Assembly: GCA_964597575.1 (NCBI GenBank)
Contig: CAZQXB010000002.1
Location: 5,624 to 69,623 of the forward strand
Length of the DNA stretch: 64,000 bases
Direction of reading: 5' to 3'
Source: an uncultured Gammaproteobacteria bacterium
GTDB lineage: Bacteria > Patescibacteriota > Patescibacteriia > Magasanikbacterales > UBA922
Shown here piece by piece: positions 20,500 through 30,977 of this stretch. The notes beneath the pieces are model-generated. The model was not told the origin of the DNA and did not search any database. It was given only the letters and a program-made list of their open reading frames with translations. Within the stretch, counting starts at the first letter, position 1; the number at the start of each line of letters is the position of its first letter. Position numbers and translations under genes: made by a program.

Positions 20500-20630
20500 C
20501 GAAAAAATAAAAAACCCAGAGTAGGCAGTAAGCTCATCATGCCGTCCATATGCCACACCATGATGCCTGTCGGGATTCACGGGGTGAATGGCGAGCGCGC
20601 TGTGCCTGCTGCCTACTATAGGTTCTTCTG
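20500..20630 (-). ncRNA. Candidate structured ncRNA (rod with central bubble, 6S-like?)
   Basis: Own promoter TTGACA-17-TAAGGT (20664-20636). The 5' AACCTATAGTAGGCAGCAGGC pairs with the 3' GCTTACTGCCTACTCTGGGTT, followed by a U-tract. No convincing ORF. Confidence 0.55.
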
Positions 20631-20722
20631 TATCCACCTTACGCCTAAAAATGGAAGTTGTCAAGAGGAAAAAAGATGCTAAAATATGGCTTAACAGAGC
20701 TTATTTTATACATCATTTTTTC

Positions 20723-21994
20723 TTAATTTGAAGAATAGGGATAACCCTCTTTTGCATTAAAAACGGCCAAAAAAATACTCACCAAAAGGATACCCTGATA
20801 CGTTGACCACAGATAATGGTCAAAAAAAGCAATCGGCGCAATAGCCAAAAACAAAGGTGCTTTTGTCTGCCAAAGCAGAATTGCCTCTTTGCGAAAAAAG
20901 AAAAAGATGGCGATAAAAATAGAGACGCTTCCTAACCACCCCAATTCCACGAGCATAAGGAGCGGTGTATTGTGCACCGGCTGAAGCAAGTACCCTGGCG
21001 TTTGATGTGTTTCATGAAGGTATGCCGTATAGTTACCCGGACCCACCCCAAAGGGACGATTCCAGGCAAACCCTGATAGAGCCTCTTCTATCCCGCCCAG
21101 CCGCTCTTCAATAGAACGAATTTCGGCTGCCCCCGACGAACTGGTACGAGTAAAGAAGAGGGATGGATACAGAAAAAAAGCGATACAGCATACGGCAATG
21201 ACAGGAACGATTCGCTTCCACAGAAAGGAGCGTAGGCACACAAGCCCTATCGTACCGCAGATAAGAGCAAGGTACGCACTCCGCGACCACGACACCACAA
21301 GCCCTGCTGCCGCAAGCGGAAGAAGCACACTCACGAGCACCCTGTCGACCAGGTTTCTTTTTTTATATACAAAAAGATACAGAAGTAAAAAAGCTGCGTA
21401 CCCACCAAAAATATTGGGATGCGGAAACGAACTGTATGCGCGCATATATCGTCCGCCAAATTCTTCAACCACGACTGAAGTCCCGGCCACATCTCGAGCA
21501 TGAAGCGACAAACCAAAAAGCGTTGATTCTACAGTAGTTTGATTCCCCCACTGCCAAAGCCCGAGCAAAAGTACGGGAATTGCTCCAAAAAGAATATATT
21601 GACCGATATGAGTATTCTCTTTTTTTGCAAAAGAAACAAACGCATACGCCACGAACACACTCACGAGCATACGCAAAGACTGAAACGCAATACTTTGATT
21701 CACCGCGAGAAAACTACTTACAAAGAGCACACCAGCAACAAGAAGAGCCCCCCCTCCCCCCTCTTTCCATATTTTTTTTGAAAAAGAATCCTTATTTCTG
21801 CGAAAGAGAAAAAAAGTATAGAAAAGAAAAACCATGATCCATACGAGCACCTCAGATGCGTATATTCGCTCCACCCCAAACTGCCAAACACTTCCGCGCA
21901 CCATAGGAACTGAAAAAATCCACACCGTGCCGATCGGAAAAAGCACAAGGAGTGCTCGAATCGACCAATCAAGTAAGGTTTTAAGCGGTGTCAT
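20723..21994 (-). CDS. O-antigen ligase (WaaL/Wzy_C)-family membrane protein
   Basis: RAYSSFPHPNIFGG, SWSRSA, FGVGPGNY, PVHNTPLLMLVELG and FFDHYLW motifs, with many TM helices. Confidence 0.85.
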   Translation of the reverse strand: MTPLKTLLDWSIRALLVLFPIGTVWIFSVPMVRGSVWQFGVERIYASEVLVWIMVFLFYTFFLFRRNKDSFSKKIWKEGGGGALLVAGVLFVSSFLAVNQSIAFQSLRMLVSVFVAYAFVSFAKKENTHIGQYILFGAIPVLLLGLWQWGNQTTVESTLFGLSLHARDVAGTSVVVEEFGGRYMRAYSSFPHPNIFGGYAAFLLLYLFVYKKRNLVDRVLVSVLLPLAAAGLVVSWSRSAYLALICGTIGLVCLRSFLWKRIVPVIAVCCIAFFLYPSLFFTRTSSSGAAEIRSIEERLGGIEEALSGFAWNRPFGVGPGNYTAYLHETHQTPGYLLQPVHNTPLLMLVELGWLGSVSIFIAIFFFFRKEAILLWQTKAPLFLAIAPIAFFDHYLWSTYQGILLVSIFLAVFNAKEGYPYSSN

Positions 21995-22943
21995 AGGGCA
22001 AAATACCGAGTTCACGACAGCGCGTGAGCCATTCGTCTCGATACTGACCCCTTCGATCATGTTCATGAAATTTGAGCACCGTATCGGTTTCAACGACTCG
22101 CGTATCTGGCTCATGCTGAATACTTTTCTTATTCATATTCATTTTTGTCTGTTGAAGCGCCTTTGCTTGCTGTTCAATAAGCGCGCCATATCCGCCGCCC
22201 CACAGACGCTCAAACACTCCTTTTATCCGTCCGGCAAATTGATTTGTCGGCGCATACACCTCTTTCAAAGGGCGGCCAAAAGCATGAGGAAGGTACGCCT
22301 TCGCAAACGTATTTTTTCCCATAAGTGTGCGGTGGACATTTTTGGAATCATACACCGGCACAAGCAGGTCAAGCCAATACATTAAATATACATCTGGCGT
22401 AGAAATCGCGAGTGGCGCCAAATCAAGTGCAGCCTCCGTCACAAAAAAACTTAAGCAAATCTGGTTTGTAACACGGTGCTTGGTGCGGCGCATGCCGGTA
22501 AGTGTAAGAGTAAGTGTAATAAGAAGACGGGTAAACCACAAACGCCCCTCTCGGACGACAATAAACACATCAATATCGCTCTCCTTTTTTGCTGTTCCCA
22601 TACCAGCAGTGTTACAAACAAACACTGCAGAAATAAAAGGAATCCACGCCATCACCCGCATTGCTTTTCCGGCACGCAAAAACTTTTCCTCTACCACTTT
22701 CCTTGCCACCTCTCGCTTCTCTACAAAAGACGCGTGACCTGGCAAAAACCAGTAACCACCACCTTCTTCAACTTTCTTTTCTTGTTTCAGCCGGAGAAGT
22801 AGTTCCTCTACGTGGCCCGCGGTTTGTTGCGGCGGAGGGCACCACAAAAAACGGAAGAGCTCTTCAAGAGTAAGCGGGTAAGAAAAAATATCAAAATACG
22901 CGAGTGTCGCCAAAAGAGACTCTTCAAGCGAAAGGCGCTTCAT
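21981..22943 (-). CDS. Nucleotidyltransferase-domain protein
   Basis: GTAKKESDIDVFIV Pol-beta-like motif. Overlaps both neighbours, suggesting translational coupling. Confidence 0.7.
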   Translation of the reverse strand: MKRLSLEESLLATLAYFDIFSYPLTLEELFRFLWCPPPQQTAGHVEELLLRLKQEKKVEEGGGYWFLPGHASFVEKREVARKVVEEKFLRAGKAMRVMAWIPFISAVFVCNTAGMGTAKKESDIDVFIVVREGRLWFTRLLITLTLTLTGMRRTKHRVTNQICLSFFVTEAALDLAPLAISTPDVYLMYWLDLLVPVYDSKNVHRTLMGKNTFAKAYLPHAFGRPLKEVYAPTNQFAGRIKGVFERLWGGGYGALIEQQAKALQQTKMNMNKKSIQHEPDTRVVETDTVLKFHEHDRRGQYRDEWLTRCRELGILPYDTA

Positions 22944-23245
22944 ACCCCTTCTTTTTCTTGCATGAATGCGGCCATATCACCAAGGGAACGTTTTGAAGCA
23001 GGGTCTGGTTTCTTTTCTTCAATCAAAATCGCTGTATCGTCTACCACAACCTGTTTTTCGGTAATCGAGAGCACCTGGGAACGATGGACAAGAAGCAACT
23101 CTTTCGAGAGTCGGGAGCGTTTCACATGGAGACACACAATCATCTCTGTTTCTGAATCAATCGTAAGATCGGAAATTTTTCCGACCGGGGTTCCGCTTTT
23201 CGTTACAACCGGCAACGTTTTTAAAGTGTGCCAATTGATCCGCAT
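22940..23245 (-). CDS. PRC-barrel domain protein
   Basis: LPVVTKSGTPVGKISDLTIDSET...VLSITEKQVVV. Confidence 0.8.
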   Translation of the reverse strand: MRINWHTLKTLPVVTKSGTPVGKISDLTIDSETEMIVCLHVKRSRLSKELLLVHRSQVLSITEKQVVVDDTAILIEEKKPDPASKRSLGDMAAFMQEKEGV

Positions 23246-23255
23246 AGAAAAAAAC

Positions 23256-23978
23256 TTACAATTGAGGCTCTTTTTTAAAGAGAAAGTGCTGTTGAGCTGC
23301 CGTTAAAACGGTCGAGAAAAACCAATACAAGGCCAAACCTGAAGGCAGGGTATACCCAATAAAAACAGTCATGATCGGAAGAACATAGAGCATTTGTTTG
23401 TTCATCATCTCAGCCATATCATCCACCTTCGCATCGCCTGTTGCCTGTTTCGGGCGCTTGGCCATCATACTCTTTGTTTGCCACCACTGAGCAACACCGG
23501 CGAGCATGGCTAAAACAAGACTCGGAATATTTTTTCCCACACCAAGATCAACAAAACCAAAAGCAAACGGATTAATGTGTTCTGGGCGAGGAATGAATGA
23601 ATAAAGCGCATCAAGCCCCTGGCTTCCGAGCCCGTCACGAAGAACCCAGTACAGTGCCAAAAATACTGGCAACTGAATAAGAACCGGCAAGCAAGAACCG
23701 AGAGGGTTCACTTTATGCTCTTTATAAAGCTTCATGGTTTCTTCGGCCAACTTTTGTTTATCGGTCTTATGCGTATCGCGCAGCGCGGTCAACTTTGGCT
23801 GAATAGCCGTCATGGCTTTCTGTGCTCGAAGTGATTTTGCGGTAAGCGGATAAAACGCTGCTTTAATCAAAATCGTGAGGAGAATAATAGCCACACCCAC
23901 GTCTGGGATAAGAGTGTAGAGACCGACAAAAATGTTATAGATGGGTTGGTATAAAATGATGTGAAAAAGGCCAGACAT
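23256..23978 (-). CDS. yidC: Membrane protein insertase YidC/Oxa1 (short form)
   Basis: GVAIILLTILIK, LYKEHKVNPLGSCLPVLIQLPVF and LPSGLALYW motifs. Confidence 0.93.
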   Translation of the reverse strand: MSGLFHIILYQPIYNIFVGLYTLIPDVGVAIILLTILIKAAFYPLTAKSLRAQKAMTAIQPKLTALRDTHKTDKQKLAEETMKLYKEHKVNPLGSCLPVLIQLPVFLALYWVLRDGLGSQGLDALYSFIPRPEHINPFAFGFVDLGVGKNIPSLVLAMLAGVAQWWQTKSMMAKRPKQATGDAKVDDMAEMMNKQMLYVLPIMTVFIGYTLPSGLALYWFFSTVLTAAQQHFLFKKEPQL

Positions 23979-24064
23979 AGAGTAAAAATATATGGGGCGA
24001 GTATACCATGTGAGTATGGGCACGGCAAGGATACTAGTAAAAAAGAGACCCTGATAAAGAAAAA

Positions 24065-24092
24065 GAAAACCCGATCGGATGATCGGGTTTTC
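24065..24092 (-). terminator. nusA terminator
   Basis: GAAAACCCGATC-ggat-GATCGGGTTTTC. Confidence 0.8.
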
Positions 24093-24096
24093 GGCT

Positions 24097-25341
24097 TTAC
24101 TCTGCCTTCTCTTCAGCAGGTTTTTCTTCTTCTACCCCCACTTCTTTGGTTGCGGCTTCAACTGCTTCAGGAGCATCTTCACTGCTGACCACGGCTCCAC
24201 CGCCTTCTTCAGCGACGGTAATCTTCCAACCGGTAAGCTCAGCGGCTAAGCGAACATTTTGTCCGCCACGACCGATCGCAAGTGAAAACTGATCTGGCAC
24301 AACAAAGGCTTGAGCTTCTTTCAGCGCTTCGTTTAATTCCACACGAACTACTTTAGCCGGCGAAAGAGCGTGTTTAATAAACTCAATTGCGTTTTCATTC
24401 CACTGAATAATGTCTACCTTTTCTCCACCGAGTTCCGTAATAATCGTCGTAATACGGCTGCCACGTTGACCAATACACGCACCAATCGGATCAATCGACT
24501 CATCATCCGTCGAAACAGCTACTTTAGAGCGGTTTCCTGGGTCTCGCGCAATGCCACGGATGACAACGGCTCCATCTTGAATTTCAGGAATTTCTTCACG
24601 GAAAATCGTCTCAACCATTTTTGAGCTTGAACGAGAAAGAATAATTTCTGGTCCACGTTGCCCAACACCAACAGATGCTACAAAAAAACGCATGCGGCTC
24701 CCTGGGCGATACATTTCACGGGTAATTTGTTCATTCTGAGGAAGAAGACCGGTGATACGACCGAGGTCAATAATCACATTACCACTTCGATCACGGCGTT
24801 GCACTACTCCGTTCACTACTCCCCCAGCTTGTTTTTCAAAGTCGGCCATAACCGTTGTGCGCTCAGCTTCGCGCAACTTCTGCATAATAACCTGCTTCGC
24901 GGTTTGTGCGGCCATACGACCAAAGCTTCCTGGAACTTCTTGAGGAAGCTCTAAAATATCACCGATTTTTGCTTTTGGTGCAACCAAAACAGCATCCTTC
25001 ATCATGAGCTGTGTTTTTGGATTAAAACGCACTAAATCAGCTGCCTCTTCTTCGGTCATTTCACGACCAGCCATTCGTGCGGCTTCACGTCGTTCAGCTA
25101 AGGCAACCTGAGCAGCTTCGAGCTCTGATTCTTCCACATCTTCCACCACTTCTTTAATATCCCACACTTTCATGTCGCCTGTTTCCGGATCAAACTTCAC
25201 CTTATAATTTCCTTGGCGAGAACCAAAATCCTTACGGAAGGCTGCCGCAAGTGCCGATTCAATGGCCTCCATGACCGCCTCTGGATTAAGCCCTTTTTCA
25301 TCACAGATGATCTGGATGCTTTTTGAGATTTCCGATGCCAT
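24097..25341 (-). CDS. nusA: Transcription termination/antitermination factor NusA
   Basis: FGRMAAQTAKQVI, S1 and KH domains (IARDPGNRSKVAV, DPIGACIGQRGSRI, SLAIGRGGQNVRLA). Confidence 0.98.
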   Translation of the reverse strand: MASEISKSIQIICDEKGLNPEAVMEAIESALAAAFRKDFGSRQGNYKVKFDPETGDMKVWDIKEVVEDVEESELEAAQVALAERREAARMAGREMTEEEAADLVRFNPKTQLMMKDAVLVAPKAKIGDILELPQEVPGSFGRMAAQTAKQVIMQKLREAERTTVMADFEKQAGGVVNGVVQRRDRSGNVIIDLGRITGLLPQNEQITREMYRPGSRMRFFVASVGVGQRGPEIILSRSSSKMVETIFREEIPEIQDGAVVIRGIARDPGNRSKVAVSTDDESIDPIGACIGQRGSRITTIITELGGEKVDIIQWNENAIEFIKHALSPAKVVRVELNEALKEAQAFVVPDQFSLAIGRGGQNVRLAAELTGWKITVAEEGGGAVVSSEDAPEAVEAATKEVGVEEEKPAEEKAE

Positions 25342-25451
25342 ATAATAATACTTAGACTAAAATACGTAAATTTCAAGAAAAAAAGCAGCTTATATAAGCT
25401 ACTTCAATATAAAAAGTATAGCATAAAAATGGTTCTTTGTCAAGAAATACA

Positions 25452-25835
25452 CTAATTTACCGGAATAACGTAATGGGTACAGCTCGGTTCACCGCCAGAG
25501 GCTTTATACACTCCGACATGCTCAAACTGAATAGGAGTTTTATCGATATTCATATTTTCTTCGGCCAAGTATTTTCGTGCAGCAAGCATAATATGATGCA
25601 TCTTTTTTCCGTTCGTGGCCCGCTCCGCGCTTCCTGCTTCCCCACTTCGTGTTTTTACTTCAATGAAACAAAGGGTCTTTTCTCCGCGGATATTCGGGTG
25701 CCAAGCAACAATATCGATTTCCCCTCCTCGTTTTAATACGTTCCGAGCGACAATCTCATAGCCTTTTTGGACTAAAAAACGTGCGGCAATTTCCTCGCCC
25801 CACGCGCCGATTGCTTTGGTTGTGCGCGTTATCAT
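25452..25835 (-). CDS. yraN: YraN (UPF0102) family endonuclease-like protein
   Basis: GAWGEEIAARFL..KGYEIVARN....GEIDIVA...FIEVKTR. Confidence 0.9.
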   Translation of the reverse strand: MITRTTKAIGAWGEEIAARFLVQKGYEIVARNVLKRGGEIDIVAWHPNIRGEKTLCFIEVKTRSGEAGSAERATNGKKMHHIMLAARKYLAEENMNIDKTPIQFEHVGVYKASGGEPSCTHYVIPVN

Positions 25836-26392
25836 ACCGCACGATACAACACTACCCCCGCATGATGTGGCCCAGCATGAAAGGTTTCTTGTTCAACAAA
25901 CCCATGGGCTTGAGCAAGTTTTACGAGTGAGGCAAAATCAACTAAGGAATTTTTTGGTGGCGCAATCGACAAACCAGAGTCTGCCCAATCGACAATCACG
26001 AGTCGGGCTTTTGGTTTAAGTAAACGAGCGGTTTCATCCATCACTTTCAGATGCTGCTCGCGAGGAATACGGCACAAAACGTTTACAATAAAAACGCCAT
26101 CAAGGCTAGCTGCCGGGATGGCCACCCCCCCAACCTCTTCAATATCACCCCAAACCGTTCGTATCATGGAAAGCCCTTCCATCTTCGCGCGTTTACTCAA
26201 GGCATCAAGAACATCTTTCAAAATATCAACAGCAAACAGGCACCCGGTATCGCCCACAATGGACGCTGCGGGAAAAATAAGATGCCCGGTTCGACCAGAA
26301 CCCAAATCAGCAACCCGCATCCCAGTGCGAAGTTGCATCTTCTCGAAAAGAAAACTCGCGTCGATTAATTCATTCCCCGAATGATAGCTCAT
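25832..26392 (-). CDS. Class I SAM-dependent methyltransferase
   Basis: VADLGSGRTG motif I, AVDI and LKPKARLVIVDW. Confidence 0.85.
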   Translation of the reverse strand: MSYHSGNELIDASFLFEKMQLRTGMRVADLGSGRTGHLIFPAASIVGDTGCLFAVDILKDVLDALSKRAKMEGLSMIRTVWGDIEEVGGVAIPAASLDGVFIVNVLCRIPREQHLKVMDETARLLKPKARLVIVDWADSGLSIAPPKNSLVDFASLVKLAQAHGFVEQETFHAGPHHAGVVLYRAV

Positions 26393-26397
26393 AAATA

Positions 26398-26646
26398 CTA
26401 GGCTGGACGCGGAAAAAGATTTCCAAAGATGCTGAGGACCACTTCACCCAAAAGCCCGGTGACTCCCATAAGTGCTAAGATAATTGCAGCGAGGCCAATG
26501 AGTTTATACATGAGACGCGATCCTCCTTCGGTTCCCAAATGCTGTTCTGCCCAGGCAATGGAACCAAAATTACTTAAAAACCATTCGGTTTTTGCAATAA
26601 GAATTACCCCGATCGCGATTACAACTACAGCAATAACATACGACAT
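26398..26646 (-). CDS. Small two-TM membrane protein
   Basis: Two hydrophobic helices around GSIAWAEQHLGTEGGSRLMYKLIG. First gene of the operon. Confidence 0.75.
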   Translation of the reverse strand: MSYVIAVVVIAIGVILIAKTEWFLSNFGSIAWAEQHLGTEGGSRLMYKLIGLAAIILALMGVTGLLGEVVLSIFGNLFPRPA

Positions 26647-26835
26647 AACAGTTCCAAATATATTTTACTTTCATCTATTAGACACGGAGCCCCATTTCTT
26701 CACAACTTTTATATAGTATAGCCTATGTGGGTAAGATGTGGAAAAAGAGATATACACAGGGAGTTTACATAGGGGGCATGGCGTGTGATACTACGATTGT
26801 TCGTAAACGAAAAAGAAAAGGGGGGGTGAACGAAC

Positions 26836-27789
26836 ATGCTCACTACAAACAAATTCTCCATGGAAAAAGCGGTGAGCCAATTCGTTCACCGTGGATATAC
26901 TTTTGTTCCTGCCGACCTATGGCGCTTTGTCAGACCACTCAACACAGGATTCACCGAATTCCTACGGTATTCAGAGCAAGAACGCCGTTCTTTTACCTCG
27001 TTCCGGCGGTTTGACCCAAATGACCCTAACCAACCCGATGATGGATATATGGCTCGGCGCGGAGCCGAAACCAAGAGCCGGAATGGCAAGCAGGGCGGGA
27101 AGACCGATATCAAGGATATTATCCACATCCGCGGAGACATCTTTGATATCTACCGCGAAGCTGGTCTAAGACTGAGCCCAAGGGAGACCAGATGGCTCCA
27201 AACCGGCGTCGATGCGCACCAGGCTGTACGCACACTACTCGATCCGTTCTATCTCCAACTCGAGAAGACGCTCACTCAGAAAAACCTCCTGAAAAAAGAG
27301 GGGTTTTACCGAATGATGCGAGACCTCTCGGTGGACCGATCGGTGCTACGCCTCAACCACTACCTGAAGATGCGCGACGACCGTCCGTCGAGTACGCGTT
27401 GGGCTCAGGTGGGTCGCAGTCACACCGACCGATGCTTTCTCACGGTGGCCTGGTTTGAGGGTCTTGCTGACGGTAACCGCGACGAGTCCTCTCGATTGCA
27501 ACGGTATTTCGGAAATTTCATCCTTCCGCAGATACCCAATTTCGTGCCGGATGAAAGCCTGAAGCTCGAGACATCTGACAAGCGCGACCGCGACCACCTC
27601 AAGTGGCGACGAGTTGCTCCACGACCAAGCTACGTTCTCATCTTCGCATCAGCCATGGCCAATCAGGAGTTCGGTATCCCCGCCATGTGGCATCGCATCT
27701 TGTCCGAGAACGGTAAGAGGGTCGCACGTCGGTCGTTCGTCCACTTCGAGCAGATGCCGATCGAATTTTTCGGGTATGGAAACCACTAA
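26836..27789 (+). CDS. 2OG-Fe(II) dioxygenase, isopenicillin N synthase-like (GC-richer cassette 2)
   Basis: LRLNHY, H-x-D (SHTDRCFLTV), distal His (AMWHRI) and R-x-S (RRSFVHF). SD GGGGGGGTG and promoter TTTACA-17-GATACT (26764-26792). Confidence 0.8.
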   Translation: MLTTNKFSMEKAVSQFVHRGYTFVPADLWRFVRPLNTGFTEFLRYSEQERRSFTSFRRFDPNDPNQPDDGYMARRGAETKSRNGKQGGKTDIKDIIHIRGDIFDIYREAGLRLSPRETRWLQTGVDAHQAVRTLLDPFYLQLEKTLTQKNLLKKEGFYRMMRDLSVDRSVLRLNHYLKMRDDRPSSTRWAQVGRSHTDRCFLTVAWFEGLADGNRDESSRLQRYFGNFILPQIPNFVPDESLKLETSDKRDRDHLKWRRVAPRPSYVLIFASAMANQEFGIPAMWHRILSENGKRVARRSFVHFEQMPIEFFGYGNH

Positions 27790-27792
27790 CCT

Positions 27793-27840
27793 AAGCCCCC
27801 GACTATGCCACCTTCAGGAGCATGCGTACCGGGGCTTTTT
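27793..27840 (+). terminator. Long imperfect hairpin terminator of cassette 2
   Basis: AAGCCCC...GGGGCTTTTT enclosing TATGC/GCATG and CC-TTCA-GG. Confidence 0.65.
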
Positions 27841-27858
27841 CAATTAAAAAAATTTTCA

Positions 27859-27894
27859 AACAAAAAATCTGGCCAATTGACCAGATTTTTTGTT
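27859..27894 (-). terminator. typA terminator
   Basis: AACAAAAAATCTGG-N8-CCAGATTTTTTGTT. Confidence 0.8.
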
Positions 27895-27902
27895 CATTCT
27901 AT

Positions 27903-29678
27903 TTAGTTCCGTCGACGATCGGTTTCTTTCAAAAACTGTTTGCGTAAACGAATGCTCTTTGGAGTAATTTCCAAGTATTCATCATCAGTCATAATTTCAA
28001 GCCCACGCTCCAGCGTTACTTCGAGCGGTGGGGTCAAAAGAATCGCATCATCCGACCCAGAAGCTCGCATGTTGGTAAGCTGTTTCCCCTTTGTTGGGTT
28101 CACAGCCATTTCTTCACCCTTCGCTGTATTTCCGATAACCATACCCTCGTACACTTCCACATTCGGACCAATATACAAACTGCCACGTTCTTGCAGATTC
28201 CACAGAGAATACCCAAGAGCAACACCTGGAACCATTGAAATCATCGAACCAACAGCACGTTTTTCAATTGTTCCGACATGAGGACGGAAACCAATAACAC
28301 GGCTTGCCATAATACCTTCTCCACGAGTATCCATCACAAACTGTCCGCGATACCCAAGGATACCACGAGTTGGTACCTCAAAAATCATACGAGTATGCCC
28401 GTTCGCTGGCTGCATGTTAATCATCTGACCCTTGCGTTTGGAAAGTTTTTCAATAATGGTTCCCATGAACTCATCCGGAGTATCAATCGTGACTTCTTCA
28501 AACGGTTCAAGCTTCTGACCTGCTTCTTCTTTAATAATAACCTGAGGCTGTGATACTTGAAGTTCAAACCCTTCACGGCGCATGTTTTCAAGCAAAATCG
28601 CGATGTGCATTTCTCCACGGCCATACACGCGAGTGCGGTCGGCTGAAGAAAAATCGATCTTTAACCCCACGTTTACCTCGAGTTCTTTTTCTAAACGTTC
28701 TTTAATTTGGCGGCTTGTGACAAACTTTCCTTCTTTGCCGGCAAATGGAGAGCTGTTCACCATTAAATCCATCGAGATCGTTGGCTCATCAACCGTAATC
28801 GCAGGAAGAGCGGTCTGATCCATGTTTGCACAAATCGTTTCTCCAATATAGATGTCTGGGATACCTGCAACCATCACCAAGTCCCCCGCCTGAGCTTCGG
28901 CTGTTTCTACTTTTTCAAACCCTTTGAAAGAATAAATTTTGGTAATCGTTCCCGTGCGTGATTCGCCGTCGGCTTTCTTTACAACCACTTTATCGCCCTG
29001 GCGCATAATCCCCTCGTAAATACGACCGATCGCCATACGACCCAAATAATTGTCGTACGCCAAATTGAATGGTTGCATGCGGAAAGGAACCGTAATATCA
29101 GCTGGAGCTGGTTCAACAAATTCTAAAATGGTATCAAGAAGTGGATCAAGATTGGTTGACTCATCAGTGAGTTTCTTTTTTGCAATTCCCTGGCGACCAA
29201 TCGCGTAGACGGTATGAAAATTGAGCTGTGCATCGTTCGCTCCCAAATCCATGAAGAGTCCAAGAACTTCATCATGAACACGATCTGGCTCAGCCGCTGG
29301 TTTGTCGATTTTATTAATCACGACAATCGGCTTAAGACCAAGCTCCAATGACTTTTTCAAAACGAATTTCGTTTGAGGCATTGGACCTTCCTGCGCATCA
29401 ACCACAAGAACCACAGAGTCAATAGAGCGAAGCACGCGTTCTACTTCAGAACCAAAGTCCGCGTGCCCGGGAGTATCTACAATGTTAATTTTGGTATCTT
29501 TATAGAAGAGAGCCGTGTTTTTCGCGTAAATCGTAATACCACGCTCTTTTTCAAGCGTGTTTGAGTCCATACTCTGGCCTTCTTCGGTAATCATACCAGT
29601 TTGGCGAAGAAGTGAGTCGGTCAGGGTGGTTTTTCCATGGTCTACATGGGCGATAATTGCGATGTTTCGAATCTGCAT
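27903..29678 (-). CDS. typA: Translational GTPase TypA/BipA
   Basis: [40 protein letters not shown] and NMRASGSDD. Confidence 0.98.
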   Translation of the reverse strand: MQIRNIAIIAHVDHGKTTLTDSLLRQTGMITEEGQSMDSNTLEKERGITIYAKNTALFYKDTKINIVDTPGHADFGSEVERVLRSIDSVVLVVDAQEGPMPQTKFVLKKSLELGLKPIVVINKIDKPAAEPDRVHDEVLGLFMDLGANDAQLNFHTVYAIGRQGIAKKKLTDESTNLDPLLDTILEFVEPAPADITVPFRMQPFNLAYDNYLGRMAIGRIYEGIMRQGDKVVVKKADGESRTGTITKIYSFKGFEKVETAEAQAGDLVMVAGIPDIYIGETICANMDQTALPAITVDEPTISMDLMVNSSPFAGKEGKFVTSRQIKERLEKELEVNVGLKIDFSSADRTRVYGRGEMHIAILLENMRREGFELQVSQPQVIIKEEAGQKLEPFEEVTIDTPDEFMGTIIEKLSKRKGQMINMQPANGHTRMIFEVPTRGILGYRGQFVMDTRGEGIMASRVIGFRPHVGTIEKRAVGSMISMVPGVALGYSLWNLQERGSLYIGPNVEVYEGMVIGNTAKGEEMAVNPTKGKQLTNMRASGSDDAILLTPPLEVTLERGLEIMTDDEYLEITPKSIRLRKQFLKETDRRRN

Positions 29679-29809
29679 AAAGATGGTCAAAGATTGGCAA
29701 AGTATAGCAGAAAACAGTTTGTTTGTCAAACCCTGCACACAGCACTCACTTTTTACCATTTAACAAGGCTGAAGAAATGCCCTGAGGGACCCGTCTTTTT
29801 GCACCAGCC

Positions 29810-30865
29810 TTAGCCTTTGGGTTGCTCAACCACCAACTGCCCACAAGCAGCCGCAATATCATCCCCCATGGTTTTTCGCTCGGTTACGTCAATATTAAAC
29901 GAGCGGATAATCTCTTTAAAGGCTTCACGGCGGTGCTCGTCAGATCGCTCAAATGGTTTCCCTGCAACAGGGTTATACGGAATCACATTCACTTTGGTAA
30001 ACCCGGTTTTCGCTACATATTTTCCAAGTTCTCTTGCGAGTTCAGGTGTATCGTTTACCCCTGAAAGAACCGTATATTCGAACGTAATATGGTGCTTTCG
30101 GTTTCCAAGCGTTTCTTTATATTTGTGGGTCCATTCGATTAGATCAGTCAGAAAATTTGGAACCGTCGTTGGGACAATCTCTTCACGCTTTTTCTGGTTT
30201 GCACTGTGCAAGGAAATTGCGATGCGTACAGGTGGCCAATCTGGATCAGTCAGAAGTTTCGTGAGTTGTGTCAAAATACCCACCGTCGACACCGTAATTT
30301 TGGTTGACCCTAAATCAGTATACTCGAGCCAGGTATGAATGGCCTCTTTCACATTTTCATAATTAGCCATCGGTTCACCCATGCCCATGAAAACCACATT
30401 ACTAATACGACCTGGTAAATTCTTTTTCTTAATAAACCCGCGCCAAAATCGGTATTGATCAACAATTTCATCCGCGAGCAAACTTCGTTTGAGCCCCATC
30501 GTACCAGTTGCACAAAAGGTACAGCGCATGGCACAGCCAATTTGACTCGACACACAAATCGTCCACTGCCCCTTTTTATTTTGCATGAGCACGGTTTCGA
30601 ACTGCTTGTTATCAGATGACAGAAGCAGGGCCTTGTATGTGTCTTGTTTCGCACTTGTATACACTTTGTGTTCACCCACACTCATGAAGGGCACTTCTTT
30701 TTCTAACACGTCACGCATGGCTTTACCAAAGGTAGTCACCTCAGTCCAAGCAGACACCGTATCATCAAAAAGAGCTGATCTCACTTGCTTCACACGAAAA
30801 GACGGCTCATTCGGAAAGAGTTCGGCAAATCTTTTTTCTCGTGAGACGACTGGTGTCCCGGACAT
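29810..30865 (-). CDS. rlmN: Radical SAM 23S rRNA/tRNA methyltransferase RlmN
   Basis: CVSSQIGCAMRCTFCATG, MGMGEP, SLH and DIAAACGQL. Confidence 0.95.
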   Translation of the reverse strand: MSGTPVVSREKRFAELFPNEPSFRVKQVRSALFDDTVSAWTEVTTFGKAMRDVLEKEVPFMSVGEHKVYTSAKQDTYKALLLSSDNKQFETVLMQNKKGQWTICVSSQIGCAMRCTFCATGTMGLKRSLLADEIVDQYRFWRGFIKKKNLPGRISNVVFMGMGEPMANYENVKEAIHTWLEYTDLGSTKITVSTVGILTQLTKLLTDPDWPPVRIAISLHSANQKKREEIVPTTVPNFLTDLIEWTHKYKETLGNRKHHITFEYTVLSGVNDTPELARELGKYVAKTGFTKVNVIPYNPVAGKPFERSDEHRREAFKEIIRSFNIDVTERKTMGDDIAAACGQLVVEQPKG

Positions 30866-30977
30866 AATATATGTATAGAGAAGATGCCACATATCATACG
30901 TACATTTTTCTTACTTTGCAATCATTGTGAGGTTTTTTGTAGCAAAACCGACCATCCTATGGCATACTTACCCGTGT

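Noticed and set aside
20457-20561. 34-codon minus-strand ORF (MVWHMDGMMSLL...)
   Set aside because: Runs through the U-tract terminator into the groES promoter and has no clear RBS.
20540-20600. SRP (4.5S) RNA
   Set aside because: Lacks the conserved CAGG-UCC-GGAA-GGAAGCAG domain, so it is kept only as an unassigned ncRNA.
27781-27840. Possible integron attC after cassette 2 (CTAAC at the stop, imperfect hairpin)
   Set aside because: No matching GTTRRRY end, no cassette array and no integrase. It ends in a T-tract like a terminator.
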